Positions 12,401 to 24,667 of a stretch of DNA of 64,000 bases are shown one piece after another (position 1 is the first letter of the stretch; each line of letters opens with the position of its first letter). The notes under the pieces were generated by a model. That model made no database searches and was not told the DNA's origin. It was given only the letters and a program-made list of their open reading frames with translations. A program made the translations under genes and the position numbers. The stretch spans positions 32,612,001 to 32,676,000 of the forward strand of contig JBHGNT010000001.1 of NCBI GenBank assembly GCA_043228905.1, given 5' to 3'. The stretch comes from Azolla caroliniana. Lineage: Eukaryota; Plantae; Polypodiophyta.

Positions 12401-15400
12401 CATGCCTTGTACAGCTTAACTGAATGAAGTGTAGATGCCTGATGGCTGGCTAGTGATGCCTTCAATCGCTTCTGTAATGCAGGAAAATATTGTGTTAAAA
12501 ATGGATGGTTTATGAGGCTTGAAAGGAGAGGCTCTCCAACTGCAACAGAAAACAAAACAAAAAAAGAATAAGGAAAGCATAGCATATTATATTAGAAAAG
12601 CAAAAATGACTGCTGATATATACCTATGCATACATAAATCGAGACATATGAATCCATACATACATGGATACATTATATATACACACATGTACATATATAC
12701 ATGGATAAAAATCTATACCTGAGTCTAATATTCTTCCCAGCTGTTCCATCAACGTGCATGCATAGAAGGAACAGTCGTTACTGGATTCAAACAAGTGTCT
12801 CTCGGTAAGGCCAACACCATACTGATGCTTTGAGAGGCGCTGAAGACTTAGAAGCTGGAACAAATATTGCAACTCTCCAATCAGAGTGGGCACCAACTTT
12901 TCAAAGATCAACTTGGAATGTATAGCTGCAAACCGTCTGAGTCTATTTATTGTACTTTTTGGAATACTTGAGCATTTGGACAAACTTTGAGTTGACCCAG
13001 TACTCTTCTTTTGCATAGAAAAACATTTTTCGTGAACAGAAGATTGGTGCATGGAAGTTTGTGCTAATTCAGCTGTCTTAGACTTTGATTTACGTTTCTG
13101 ATCACATCTTTGCATAAGAGCATCCATATCCACTTTCAGAGGAATATTGCTCCTAGTCTTGAAAGAGTTATTGTCACCTGACTTATTTGACTCTATCTTT
13201 GCTAGGACAAAAGCACTGTCTACAACTGGATTTTGTGTTGGGGTAGGATTTACCCGCCTTTTCTGATGCAAGTCAAATTAAGGTCAATCATTAAAATGGT
13301 AACAGAATCCTGAATTTCAGATGCGAAATGAATTTGACAAAACCTCCAAAACAGAGAGCAAACTCTCTATCACATAGCAATGAGCAATGGTTTGAGCCAA
13401 AACTGAACCATGGTTTTAAAAGCTGAACATTGGTTTGGCTTAACTACAAATTTGGAAAGCAATTTGGTTTAGGTTTGGTTTGCCTGGGTGATTAACAACT
13501 CGGTTTAAGTTGTATCGATTTAACGGCTTATGGTTGACCAAGCTTGAAATTTCCTCTTACGCAACTTATAGAGTATTTTTATAACATAAATCATAAACCC
13601 TAAGACCTCTCTTCTAGGCTATCACTTCTATGTTTTACATACTTTAGAGTTCACTATTTTCGATTTTACTTCTTATGCAAATTATTTGCTTAACAGTTTC
13701 TAGTGTAATGGGTTTGGTTTTAAACGGTTCAGGTTTCAGGATCTCTTAAATGGCTCAGTTCAAGGTTTCAAGTTTTAATTTTTTTAACAGTTCTCGAACT
13801 AGTTTGAGCCAAACCGAGCTGTTGCATATTGATATCATACACACACACATATGGAAAACGGCTCCTTGAATTTCCTAATTCAGCACACCTAATAACAAGT
13901 ATAAATGATACCATCTCAGTGGCTTCTTGCAAATACTCATTAGACTGTTACTTAAAAGGTTTTGTTGCTATTGTATACCTTCATAGTTTATAGCATATCC
14001 TAAAGTCCAGCACTTCATGTGCAACCTAAGGATTATAAGTATTTTCAGTATTGCCCAATTAGCCAGTGTAATATGTGATGTAGTTTAAATTCTTAATGAA
14101 ATATAAGAATAACAATTTTCCTTTTCTTTCTTATATGAATATTCATGTAATGTCTTCTTAACCTATCTCCTTTTTCTTACTAATCCTTAGAGCAGCCATA
14201 CAAAGCTTAGTTTCCTGTTGTTCTCTTAGGAATAAACTAACATTTTTTTCTGAAAAAACTAAAGTCAAGTTGTGATTGAAAGCGAATCTAATACTTCCAT
14301 CTTGTTCTCAGTACTAGATTCTTACTTCTCCATGTAAACGAAAAAAAGGGACGTAAAATCCATATCCAGTTGAAAGCTCTTACTTTCTCGGTGATACAAT
14401 ACCTGTTTTTCAAACATCAGAGTCTCACTGAAAGTAAACCTTTTCATCTTACTTTTGCAGTGAGACAAACCTTTCCAAACCATATAAATAGTTACATATA
14501 TGCAGACACATTAGCACCAAAACATCATTGAGAAATCAAATATAAGAAATAATCAAATGAGGAATTTAACAAAGGAAGTATGAAAAGAATTCATGTGAAT
14601 AACAATATCGCATAGTATGAACTAACCGGCCGTGTTAATGATGTAACTGCCTTCTGAGTGGCAACATTGAGTCTTGGAAAACCCCCTAATGATGGAAATT
14701 CAGCATCGTAAGTATCCCCTTCATTGTTTGTAGGAGTATCTATTACAAAAGGAGAATTTACAGTAATGTGTTTTTCTTCAGAACGAGGAGTGATTTTATT
14801 TGATGAATTGATCACGTTGTGCGGTTCATTTTCTTTGCTTTCTGACTCCGAAAGTTGACTGAAAAACATGTCTGATTCAGATCTGATGTATTCCAGAAAG
14901 GCTTTAGCAAAAGATGAGCGATTTGTTTGTTGCATTTCTTCTTTCAACATGATAGCTTGTCCGTTATTCTACATTGATAAAGAGCAGACTCACAAAGAGG
15001 TTGGAAAATGAAGATATTTAACAGAAAAAGATCGAACACAATGCGGATGAGGAAGATGATGTTGTTGATGATGACAAAGGCGAGATGAAGAGGAACAAGA
15101 ACAAGAAAACTCAAATAAAGATGGAGAAAGGCTAGAGTAACCATGTGAGAAGACCAAAATATGTCGGAAAAAGAAAAACATACCAGAACAATACATTAAA
15201 GAAGAAGAACTATTACAAAAGAACCCAAGAAAGAAGAAGAAAAGATCCGAAGAACACAAGAAAAACAAGAAACGATCAGAGAAGAGCTCCAAAAAGAAGA
15301 AGAAGAAGAAGAAGAAGAGAATCAGACGAACTCAAAGAAGAAGACCTGCAGATGACTTGATGAGGTTCCCGAGATCCAAGGCAGAAGGAAAGCCAAGAGA

Positions 15401-15492
15401 AGATCATCATCATCATTATCTACTACATCGTGAAGAAGCAACCTTTGAATGAGAGAAGAATCTGCAGAAGAAGAAGAAGAAGAAGAAGCCAT
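6479..15492 (-). CDS. CDAN1: Codanin-1 (discs lost) homolog, ~1478 aa, 15 coding exons
   Basis: complement(join(15346..15492,14627..14968,12719..13262,12301..12539,11981..12164,11875..11900,10456..10820,10288..10377,10037..10205,9815..9919,9011..9226,8735..8932,8243..8467,8019..8157,6479..7926)) gives 4437 nt with consistent phases. Motifs are colinear with animal Codanin-1: AFLEYIRSES, AEFPSLG, KRRVNPTP, VSLPFQAARDSRNNY, CRDQFYAIIR, WFAELFLEQFVQ, KLQRLHDRL, LKALASLLGFLCF, LTLPWVLDFL, and the Codanin-1_C block VVDTSYIQHCCPALMELRVML...RKITP...LQQSFFEQRPELQRLVDFVVDTIAVNA. Confidence 0.88.
13378..13831. mobile_element. Possible decayed non-autonomous DNA transposon (hAT-MITE-like) in a CDAN1 intron
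   Basis: GGTTT/AAACC/GAGCC motifs cluster at both ends, with imperfect terminal inversion (CAATGAGCAATGG / CTGTTGCATATTG). No clean TSD was found. Confidence 0.35.
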
Positions 15493-15719
15493 AGCTTCTT
15501 CTCAATTCGATAGATGCAGACTGAATTTTAAAAATTGTTCAGTCCAGTTTGTTCCCAGTCTTTGTTTTTGTTTTCTTTTGAAAGTTCTCAAAAATCTCTG
15601 CAATGTACTTCTCCTGGATCATATACTACTCTACTAAAACTATTTATTTACTGTGTGAGCTGCGAGCGAGCCTTGGAAAGTTGAACACACATCAGAATGT
15701 ATATATGATGATAGATATA

Positions 15720-15800
15720 TGCATGGATGCATGGATGGATGGATAGATGCATGAATGGATTGATGGATGGATAGATGCATGAATGGATAGATGCATGCAT
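15720..15800. repeat. (GGAT)n/(GCAT) compound microsatellite upstream of CDAN1
   Basis: Directly visible. Confidence 0.9.
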
Positions 15801-17669
15801 GGATGGATGGATGGATGCCAAATGGGTTGGAGTAATGTATGCATGTATCATGTATATGTGATGTCTCTCTCACTCTCCTAGTCTCTCTCCCTCACTCTGT
15901 GGGTCTTTCGAAGTGTGGGTTGGGGTGGGCGTGGCCTGTGGGTTCCTTAAGCAGAGGAACTCACTCATCCTTTTCATGTCCCGTGTGTCTACTAATAGCA
16001 CCACCAGAATTCTCTTTGGGTTCTATCCTCGCTCGTCCACGCCACCATGAACACATCCTGCATTCGTATGCCTCTCAAATTTCTAGGTTCGAATCCGCAT
16101 CGTTTACCCACCCACGATTGTCTCATTACCCAAATCCCTTTGATAACTTTGTCATTGTGCGATTTTCAACGGCATTGTGGTTTTTTTTCTGTTTTTTAAG
16201 GGGGGGGATGTTATGAAACTCACCAATGCCTCATCATGTATGTCTGTAGCCTATGGGAATTCCTTTACTGATAGTTACAAACCTTAGATTTCCTACTCAT
16301 CTTATATCTTTCTCTTGTTCACTTTGATAAGCTTCGATTCAGAAAGTTCAATCATTGAAACTTCAGCAATGATTAATCACATTTTTCTACAATAACCACT
16401 TTTCCTCATGAAAGGTATAAGTCATGGCTGACCTCAACTTGTAGGGAAACAAATAGACACGCCTATAACTTGTCAAAATAATTGAAATGCAAAACTCGTA
16501 AGTGAATAAATATGCATATGCTTACAATGGAATTCTAAGTGTCTATTGTAGATATATTTTTGAAACCTTACCAATGTATCGAGGTTTATTACCGTATGTA
16601 AATGGTTGTATGCCATGTCATGTTTTATAACTAGTAATTGCACAAACTTGAACCCATAACCATATGCTACTACATGCTTGCCCTATCGGTTGTGGGCGTA
16701 GCACAAGTTCACGTAGCAATGACACTTACCGGTTTCACTAAAAACTCACCCTTCTGGTCATACCATCATGAAGTAACAATGCTTAGTTAACTCCGGTTGA
16801 TCACAAGGGGCACTCTGTTTGGAATTCAGCACCCAAAATCCCACCACATATAGGATACATATAGGGGCTTGAAATGTTTAAGGAGTCTCTCATGTGTTAA
16901 TAATAATAGCCAATGCACTCATACCCAAAACCCAATCGCTATTAATGTGATACATTATTGATTAATGGTTTCAAATCAAATACATTTTTCATTAAACTTT
17001 AAACTATTTGATTAAATTTTCTTCCATCTACATTTTGAATTGTGAGTCAAATTTCATAATTTCAGCCAACTTTCTTTTCAAAGGATTCTCACAGCCATGG
17101 TTTCATGGTGACTTTAGAAAACAAACAATATTTTCATTAAATCAACATCAATGAGAAGACCAGACTGAAGATGAAGAATGTTTCTTTTTCACAGACCTTC
17201 ACACATATTGATTATTTCCTACCCAAAACTTAAAATCAATAAAGCAATGAAGAACATTAGGATGATCCCTCAAAACTTCATTATTATCAACAAACAGCAT
17301 ATAACAGACGTCACAAAATTTTAAACTGCACTAAAAAATACATACTACACAGATAAGAATGACCACGTATTAAATTAACTAACTGAACATAATAATGGCA
17401 GCCAAACAGAGAATAGACATCTAGGAAGCCAGAACGCACCTCTCAAGGTGTTTAATGAATACCTTGAACCAAAGAACAAATTGAGACCATTTTAGAAGTT
17501 AAATATTAGATTAGAACAAACTGAATAAAACCGTTTTAAGAAAGATCAAATAAAATGATCAATCAATGACAAGAAACAAAATATTTGTTAAAGCACTACC
17601 CAAAAAAAAAACAAAATTTGCCATCCTGGTTTTCATCTATTTTGCCTCTTCACTTGCATCATTTCGCTT

Positions 17670-20661
17670 TTAATCAACCTCCTCCATCTTACTGCCATCA
17701 GCATCAGCGTCTTCCACAGGAGTGTCAATATCCTCATCAGCATCAACAGAAGCTGCAGCATCATCATCAATGCTCAATCCTAGTTTCAACATACGATGAA
17801 TCCTGTTGCCAAATGTGTTGGGATCATCGAGACTAAATCCTGAAGTGAGAAGTGAGGTCTCGAACAAAAGCAAAACAAGATCCTTCACTGACTTATCATT
17901 CTTATCAACATCAGCCCTTTTCCTTAATTCTTCCATTATCAGGTTCTCTGGGTTTATTTCCATTGTCTTCTTGGAGGACATGTAGCTAGACATGCTACTA
18001 TCTCTTAATGCTTGGGCTTTCATAATCCTTTCCATATTAGCTGTCCACCCGTATTCACCGGTTACTAAACAACACGGTGAATCCACAACTCTGTCAGACA
18101 CCACAACCTTCTCTACTTTGTCCCCGAGAATATCCTTCACAACTTTGCAAAGAGGCTCAAATTTGGTCTTCAATTCTTCCCTCCTCTTCTTCTCCTCATC
18201 AGAGTCTTCCAGCTTCAAACCTTCCTTCGTGGCAGAGACAAGTTTCTTCCCATCAAACTCTTTCAGCTGTCCAACAGCATATTCATCAATGGCATCAACC
18301 ATAAAGAGAACTTCATATCCCTTCTTCTTTAACTTTTCCAAGAAAGGGGAGTTCTCAACTGCCTTCTTGCTCTCACCAGTAATGTAATAGATATCAGTCT
18401 GTCCCTCCTTCATTCTTGTCACATAATCTTTAAGGCTTGTCATTTCATCACCACTCTTGGTGGAGTGGTATCTCAAAAGCTCAGCCATTTTTGCTCTATT
18501 CTGGCTGTCTTCATGAACACCCAATTTGATGTTCTTTGAGAAAGACTCATAAAACTTGTCATAATCCTCCTTATTCTCAGCAATCTCAAAGAAAAGCTCA
18601 ACACATTTCTTCACTAGATTCTTACGGATAACCTTTAGGATCTTGTTCTGTTGGAGCATCTCACGAGAAATGTTGAGAGGCAAATCTTCAGAATCAACAA
18701 CTCCCTTCACAAAGCTGAGATACTCAGGAATGATTTCTTCACAGTTGTCCATGATAAATACCCTTCGAACATAGAGCTTGATATTGTTGAGCTTCTTCCT
18801 TGTATCAAAAAGATCAAAAGGAGCTCTCTTGGGCACATAAAGCACAGCTTTAAACTCCAATTGACCTTCAACAGAGAAATGCTTCACTGCTAGATGTTCT
18901 TCCCAATCGTTGGTCAAACTCTTATAAAAAGCAGCATACTCGTCCTTAGTAATATCATCAGGTTTCCTCATCCAGATAGGTTTCTGCTTGTTACAAACTG
19001 ACCACTCGTGAGAAACTTCCTTGATTTTCTTTTTCTTTTTCTCTTTTTCTTTTTCTTCTTCTTCAACATCTTCAGCTTTACCCTCTTCTTCTTCCTTGGT
19101 TTCTTTCTCCTCTTCTTCCTCATCATCAGAAACCTCCTTTGTCGTTGTCTTCTCAACCCACAGAGAAATAGGATAGCTGATGAATTCTGAATGCTTCTTT
19201 ACCAAATCTTTCAGACGCCTCTCTTCAAGGTATTCTTGCTGCGAGAGACAAACAATGAAATCATTATCAATCGTATCTCTGAATCAGATATATCACGATT
19301 GAGCAATAAGAATCAAAATCTGATTTGTTATTTAATTTCCCTAAACAAGAAACAAATAGCGTTCTTATTATTACAATTCTGGTTTGACTGCAGTTATTGT
19401 TTAAGCAAATCAAAACAAATATCACTGCTTTACCTGATCCTCCTTCAGGTACAGAGTGATCTTGGTACCTCTACCAAGAGGCTCTCCATCATCTCTGGTG
19501 ACAGTAAAGGAGCCACCGGCCTGGGATTCCCAGATATATTGCTCATCATCATTATGTTTCGTGGTAACAACAACCTTCTCGGCCACCAAGTATGCAGAGT
19601 AGAAACCCACACCGAACTGGCCGATCATACTCACGTCAGCACCTGCTGCAAGGGCCTCCATGAACTCCTTGGTTCCAGAACGCGCAATAGTACCCAAATT
19701 GTTTACAAGATCTATGAAGATGAATCGAATTAAAAGAACAAATATCAGTATGTATGCACATAAATACAGAAGTTTGAAATGATCTGTCAGCACAAAATCT
19801 ACGAACACTTCGTGTAATCAACTTTAATACCAACAGCTCCAAAAGCAAAGAATTGATGAAGAAAGAAACATTTACCTGCTTTGGTCATTCCAATGCCACT
19901 GTCAATGATGGTAAGAGTGTTTGAGGCTTTGTCAGGTATGATGTGAATGAAAAGTTCGGGCTGAGAATCGAGCTTCGACTTGTCTGTGAGACTTTCGAAG
20001 CGAATCTTATCCAGGGCCTGAAGTTTATTTAAACAACAACACATGAGTACAAGAATAATATCGCATGAGCAGGCCCTCTTAAATATAGAGGGGCTGAAAT
20101 CACTACAGACAGAATACTTTAAAAACTTACAATAGAAGAAAGCCTAAAGACATAGATCTGGTTGATACAACAAGAAAAGATAAAAAATATGAAGCTACAA
20201 ATACATCAACATGACAAAAACATCTTAAATTTGAATATTGAACAAATTTGACCATTGAAAAAACATAGAATAGAAGGAAATGAGAGAACTTCAGTCTGTA
20301 GTAGCTAGTAGTAACAAATAATGAGAAAACATATATATATAAGCACGAAAGAGAAGAAAACTAAGGACAGAAACCAGTTCAAAGAAACCGTCTTGGGGAA
20401 ACTCAGCAAAAAATGAAGAGCAATGAAAGCCGAGAAGAAGAGGAGGAAGAGGAAGAAGAAGAAGAAGAAGAAGACGTGCTTAAAAGAACTATTGAAGGAA
20501 AAATGAAACAGAAAGTACAATGAAATGAAACTCACATCTGAGGAGTTACTGATGAGCTCTCGCAAGAAGATCTCCTTGTTGCTGTAGAAGGTGTTAATGA
20601 TGAGGCTGAGGAGCTGGTTGATCTCAGCTTGGAAGGCAAACGTTTCAGTGTCGGACGCCAT
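17670..20661 (-). CDS. HSP90: Cytosolic heat shock protein 90, 704 aa
   Basis: complement(join(20536..20661,19876..20017,19434..19711,17670..19238)) gives 2115 nt. It contains [71 protein letters not shown] and C-terminal MEEVD. Confidence 0.99.
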
Positions 20662-20934
20662 AGCTAGCTAGCAAGCGAGCTCGCTTACTGAGCGCAAAAA
20701 TAAAAATTTGTGAAAGACAGGAGGCGAAAACGGGAGGAATCGAGAGCAGGTGAGGGCGGGAGCTCCTCAGATCTGAGCGACAGAGAAGAAGAAGAAGACG
20801 AAGATTGGGAGAGAGCGAGAGACAGTGTTAGAGCGTGAGAGGAAGCAAAAGAACCAGAGAGAGAGAGAGAGAGATATAGTAGAGTATGAAGTAGGGCAAG
20901 AAGGGGAGGAGAAGGGGGGGGGGGGGGGGGGTTG

Positions 20935-20949
20935 TTTCTAGAATGTTCC
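20935..20949. promoter_or_regulatory. Perfect three-unit heat shock element
   Basis: tTTCtaGAAtgTTCc matches nTTCnnGAAnnTTCn. It lies ~275 bp upstream of the HSP90 ATG, next to an 18-G run (20914-20931). Confidence 0.85.
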
Positions 20950-21045
20950 ACGAACGGCCCTCTTTGTTAATAAAAGTTTGCCCTAATAATAATACATTCA
21001 TTTTTTTCCCTCCCTTTCATTCTCTTTTCTTCTCTTGGATTGAGA

Positions 21046-21126
21046 TGGCATGGCATGGGGCCTGGGCCATAGCATGGCATGATAGCATGGCATGATAGCA
21101 TGGCATGATAGCATGGCATGGCATGG
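21046..21126. repeat. 13-bp minisatellite (ATAGCATGGCATG) x4 with GGCAT flanks in the HSP90 upstream region
   Basis: Directly visible. Confidence 0.9.
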
Positions 21127-21776
21127 GGTGCTTTCCCACGCAACTAACCACCCCCCCCCCCAAGGCCTCATAGTACATATGTATCGTACTCCATGCTTTG
21201 ATCGAGCACGCACTCATACATACATATTGCTAGGAAGGATCAACCCATTTGTGATTTCATCGCCTTGATTACACCTACGTTGCGCATATATATATATATC
21301 ACACGCTCCCTGCTGCTTCTTTCCATTCTCTCGAAATTATGATCCTTACTTGAGGCCTTTTGAGTTTTGATTTGAGTGATTTATACACTACGACAGGATC
21401 CCTTTGCACCTTATCTCCGCAATGTTAGTTTCTTCAGTTTTTGAGTATATCGAGCTATTGTGTAAGATATCTGAAACCATTTGACGTTGATGTGTTTGTC
21501 TAAGACTCGTGTCGTTGCTGATCGAATGTCCATACACCATCGATTTTTATTTGACTCTCTTTAAATCGTTAACACGCTTACCATCCATCAAGCGATTTCT
21601 TCTCACTTATTCAATAAGTGAGGTGAATGAATACATATACTTGGTTTGTATTAGTTTTAGAACCTCTACTAAAACAAGATTTTAATACTTTAATGTGAGC
21701 ACCTATGTACAATGTCTTTGACATGTTTTTTCCAAAATATCTTTGAGTCTTTTTAGTGGCTTATGCATGTATATTA

Positions 21777-22366
21777 TGTTGGGAAATTTGGTCCCTCCGG
21801 ATGGATCGAAAGCACGAGCCCGATCGGATGGAGTCGATTAAATACCAACTGAATGGATAAGTTGAATCAGTCGATAGTTAAGTTGGTCGAAGCCAAAAAA
21901 TCGACTAACCGACAATCGATTGATTAGCCGAATCGACCGAATCCGACTAGGCTATATTTGTAAATAGTTGTATATGCACATGAGTATAAATATAGTTAGG
22001 GCAAGTAGTTATGATTAATTACGTTGTCATTTAAACTGGTGCATTTTGTGGGTGCAACTCGAGAGAGTAACATGTGTGTAGGAGAGAGAGCGAGAGCGAG
22101 AGTTGCAACTTTGTTGTAACCGTCTTCTGACGATGAGGAGTTCGAGGTTGTTGCCTTTATAGTCTCCTGTGTATTTACCTCCTACCATAGTGATATAGTT
22201 CGGTGGACTCTCATGGTTTTTCCCTATCAAGGTTTCCATGTTAAAAATACATGTGTCTATGTACTTTCATTTGTTTGTCTTCTACGTTTTTTGTTTTCTA
22301 TCATTTCAATCTTTGCACCCACGTACACACGTGTATCAAACGGTTGTGGTCGGTAATGTGTTCACA
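21777..22366 (+). mobile_element. Copia-type solo LTR (~590 bp), unrelated to the intact element downstream
   Basis: It starts TGTTGGG and ends TTCACA, has a TATAAAT box at ~21986, and carries the copia U5-like motif GGTTTTTCCCTATCAAGGTTTCCATGTTAAAAATACATGTGTC. The first part is CpG-rich. No PBS or ORF follows. Confidence 0.65.
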
Positions 22367-22899
22367 TATGCACAATGTCTACGGCTTTTAGTCTTTGACA
22401 TGTTTTTCCCAAAATACCGTTGAGTCCTTTTAGTGGCTTATGCATGTATATTACTCCAACTTTAGCAAATACAATTGAGTTTGAATATGGTAGAATACCA
22501 AGAGAAAATGATATTCATTATCTTTGACGTAGGAGTGATTATGTTTAGAATCAAATCATCTAAGGACACTTAATACCCAACGAACGATGATCGAAAGCTC
22601 TCCAAGTTCATGTAGGTTTTCTAGGTTGCTTCACACCACCTTGCTCAAATTGAGAGCCCGTATACATATGTATATAGATGGGAATGAAGCTTTAGGGGGT
22701 TTCATATTGCAAGCTCATGTGACGAGGGACGTATTATTCGTTCCCCAAAATATGTTTTGTGTCAATGTTTGTTTAATATGCATTATAAGAAAATATACAA
22801 CCCTCTAAAGCTTGTTCGCTTATTTATGTCTGGGCCTATATGACATAAGTTACTCGAAGGGAATAACTACTTCATCGAATTCATTGTTGACGTAGCTCA

Positions 22900-23500
22900 A
22901 AAAGCTATGGATGTATGCAATTTATCCCAATTCAAGCATCTTTGGTCTTCATTCATTGTCACATTGCAACAAAATTGTTGTCATGATACTGCCCAAAGCC
23001 TTATTTCTTTGATAATGGTAGAGATACATGTCTCAATATTTTCAAACTTATATGCAAATTAAGGGATTCCGTCATCAGTGGCAACTCCCATGTTTCTATG
23101 CAGAACAATAAACTAGGCATTGCCAAAGCAACCTATCATGATGTTCATGAACAATGGATATGAACCAAGTTTTTGAGCAAAGACATAAATGACCACACTA
23201 TACGTCATCAATGTGGGAACCATGCATCTAGTTCTTTGAGTATTTACAAACATGCCTTGTCGATTTGTTACAATGGAGATTGGATGGGTAAACATTCTAT
23301 AATCAAAGTGATGGGTAAGAGAGGAAGTGAAGAAGTGTGTTGACGGATAAGCAGAGAGTTCTCTCACTTGTGCCCCAACATCTTGTCTCACATAAAGAGG
23401 ATGTAAACCAAATCGAATGGAAGCAACATTCATAAGGAAGTGTTTTTGCTCCTCTCAAATTCATTCCAAGTGAACTTAGTAATGTCATCGCCACATGTTT
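22900..23500 (-). mobile_element. Decayed LINE 3' portion (boundaries approximate)
   Basis: The peptide FDYRMFTHPISIVTNRQGMFVNTQRTRC (23307-23224) resembles the RLSSHxLxIETGR...RxC C-terminal motif of non-LTR ORF2 proteins. It is on the same strand as the RT/EN remnants at 29.5-30.6 kb. Confidence 0.5.
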
Positions 23501-23766
23501 CAATGTCCATAATGAAGCACTAATTTTACAAGTGTCAATGAGCTATTTATTGCTAACCTAACATTCACTTTATTTTACCAATTTGTAGTAAGCTCTCTTT
23601 GCCACTTCTAAGTGGTAGGTAGCACGTTCATAGTTTCATTCTACATATGATTGGAAAGAACCTCAATCCTAACATATGTGAACCTTTATACATTTCAAGT
23701 GGCTCATTATTGTGCATAATGTGTGATTTATTTTTATTTTGAGTCTTCACAAGCATAACCTTTGAG

Positions 23767-23937
23767 TGTCGAATACATGTGTATAATGGACGTATTCACA
23801 CTATCCCGTTTTGGCCATTTATGTAATTAGCATAAAGGGTAGTTGCCCTAAGTCGGTCACTATATATAGTGACCTTGTAACCTTTTTGTAAGGTTGGTTG
23901 TTGTATTATTGCTTTGTGAAATAAAGAGTCTTTTGTG

Positions 23938-23969
<32 letters not shown>

Positions 23970-24056
23970 CAACGACCTACATTCTGTCATACGCAGGTAC
24001 TCAGCAACGATCGAATGCTTCTTGATCTTCCGCATTGACGACCTTCGTCTCCAACA
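23767..24056 (+). repeat. 5' LTR, 290 bp
   Basis: Identical to the 3' LTR except in the (GT)(CT)(GT) microsatellite. Confidence 0.97.
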
Positions 24057-24667
24057 TCTGGTATCAGAGCAGAGGTTCGGCCGTCATCACCGCCTGCACA
24101 GTATTCGCGTCATTCGAAGAAAGAGAGAAGAAGAACAAAAACGAGGTTTGCACCTCATTGCGTTAGATCCTCTTGCTTGGAGTAAGCCATCAGGTTGTAC
24201 TCTGTTCCTTGTGATCGTAACCGCTCGAGGTGAAATCCCCTTGTGCATCATTGACACGATCGTGCTCCATTCGGTTAAACGGCATCCGAAAAGGTCATTA
24301 AACGCTGCTCGCTGCTCATTGTAACCACTCGGTGCAGATCGGTCTTAGGACAACAACCCCAAATTCGTGCTTTATCTGGTTGATCGACATTCGGGAGGAT
24401 CAGTTGGATCCGTCTCTCTCGTTGCTGCAGTCAACCGAAGCAGAATCGGTCCAGATAATCGGTTTCAATAATCGGTATTCGGCAACATTCGGGAAGACCA
24501 GTCGGTTCTGTCCCTCAAGCTACCGAAGTCAATTCGAGCAAGTTCCGAAGCCGAACCGACTCGGGGTCAAATCCGACTAGAACGATATCGGGTGAGCCAA
24601 CCGGCTGCACTCCAACAAGGTTCGTAGTCAACTCCGAACCGAGCTCCGTCAACCGAAACCAAATTTG

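Noticed and set aside
14944-15873. Low-complexity ORFs around CDAN1 exon 1
   Set aside because: They are translations of (AGA)n/(TCT)n and (GGAT)n tracts. The real first exon is 15492-15346.
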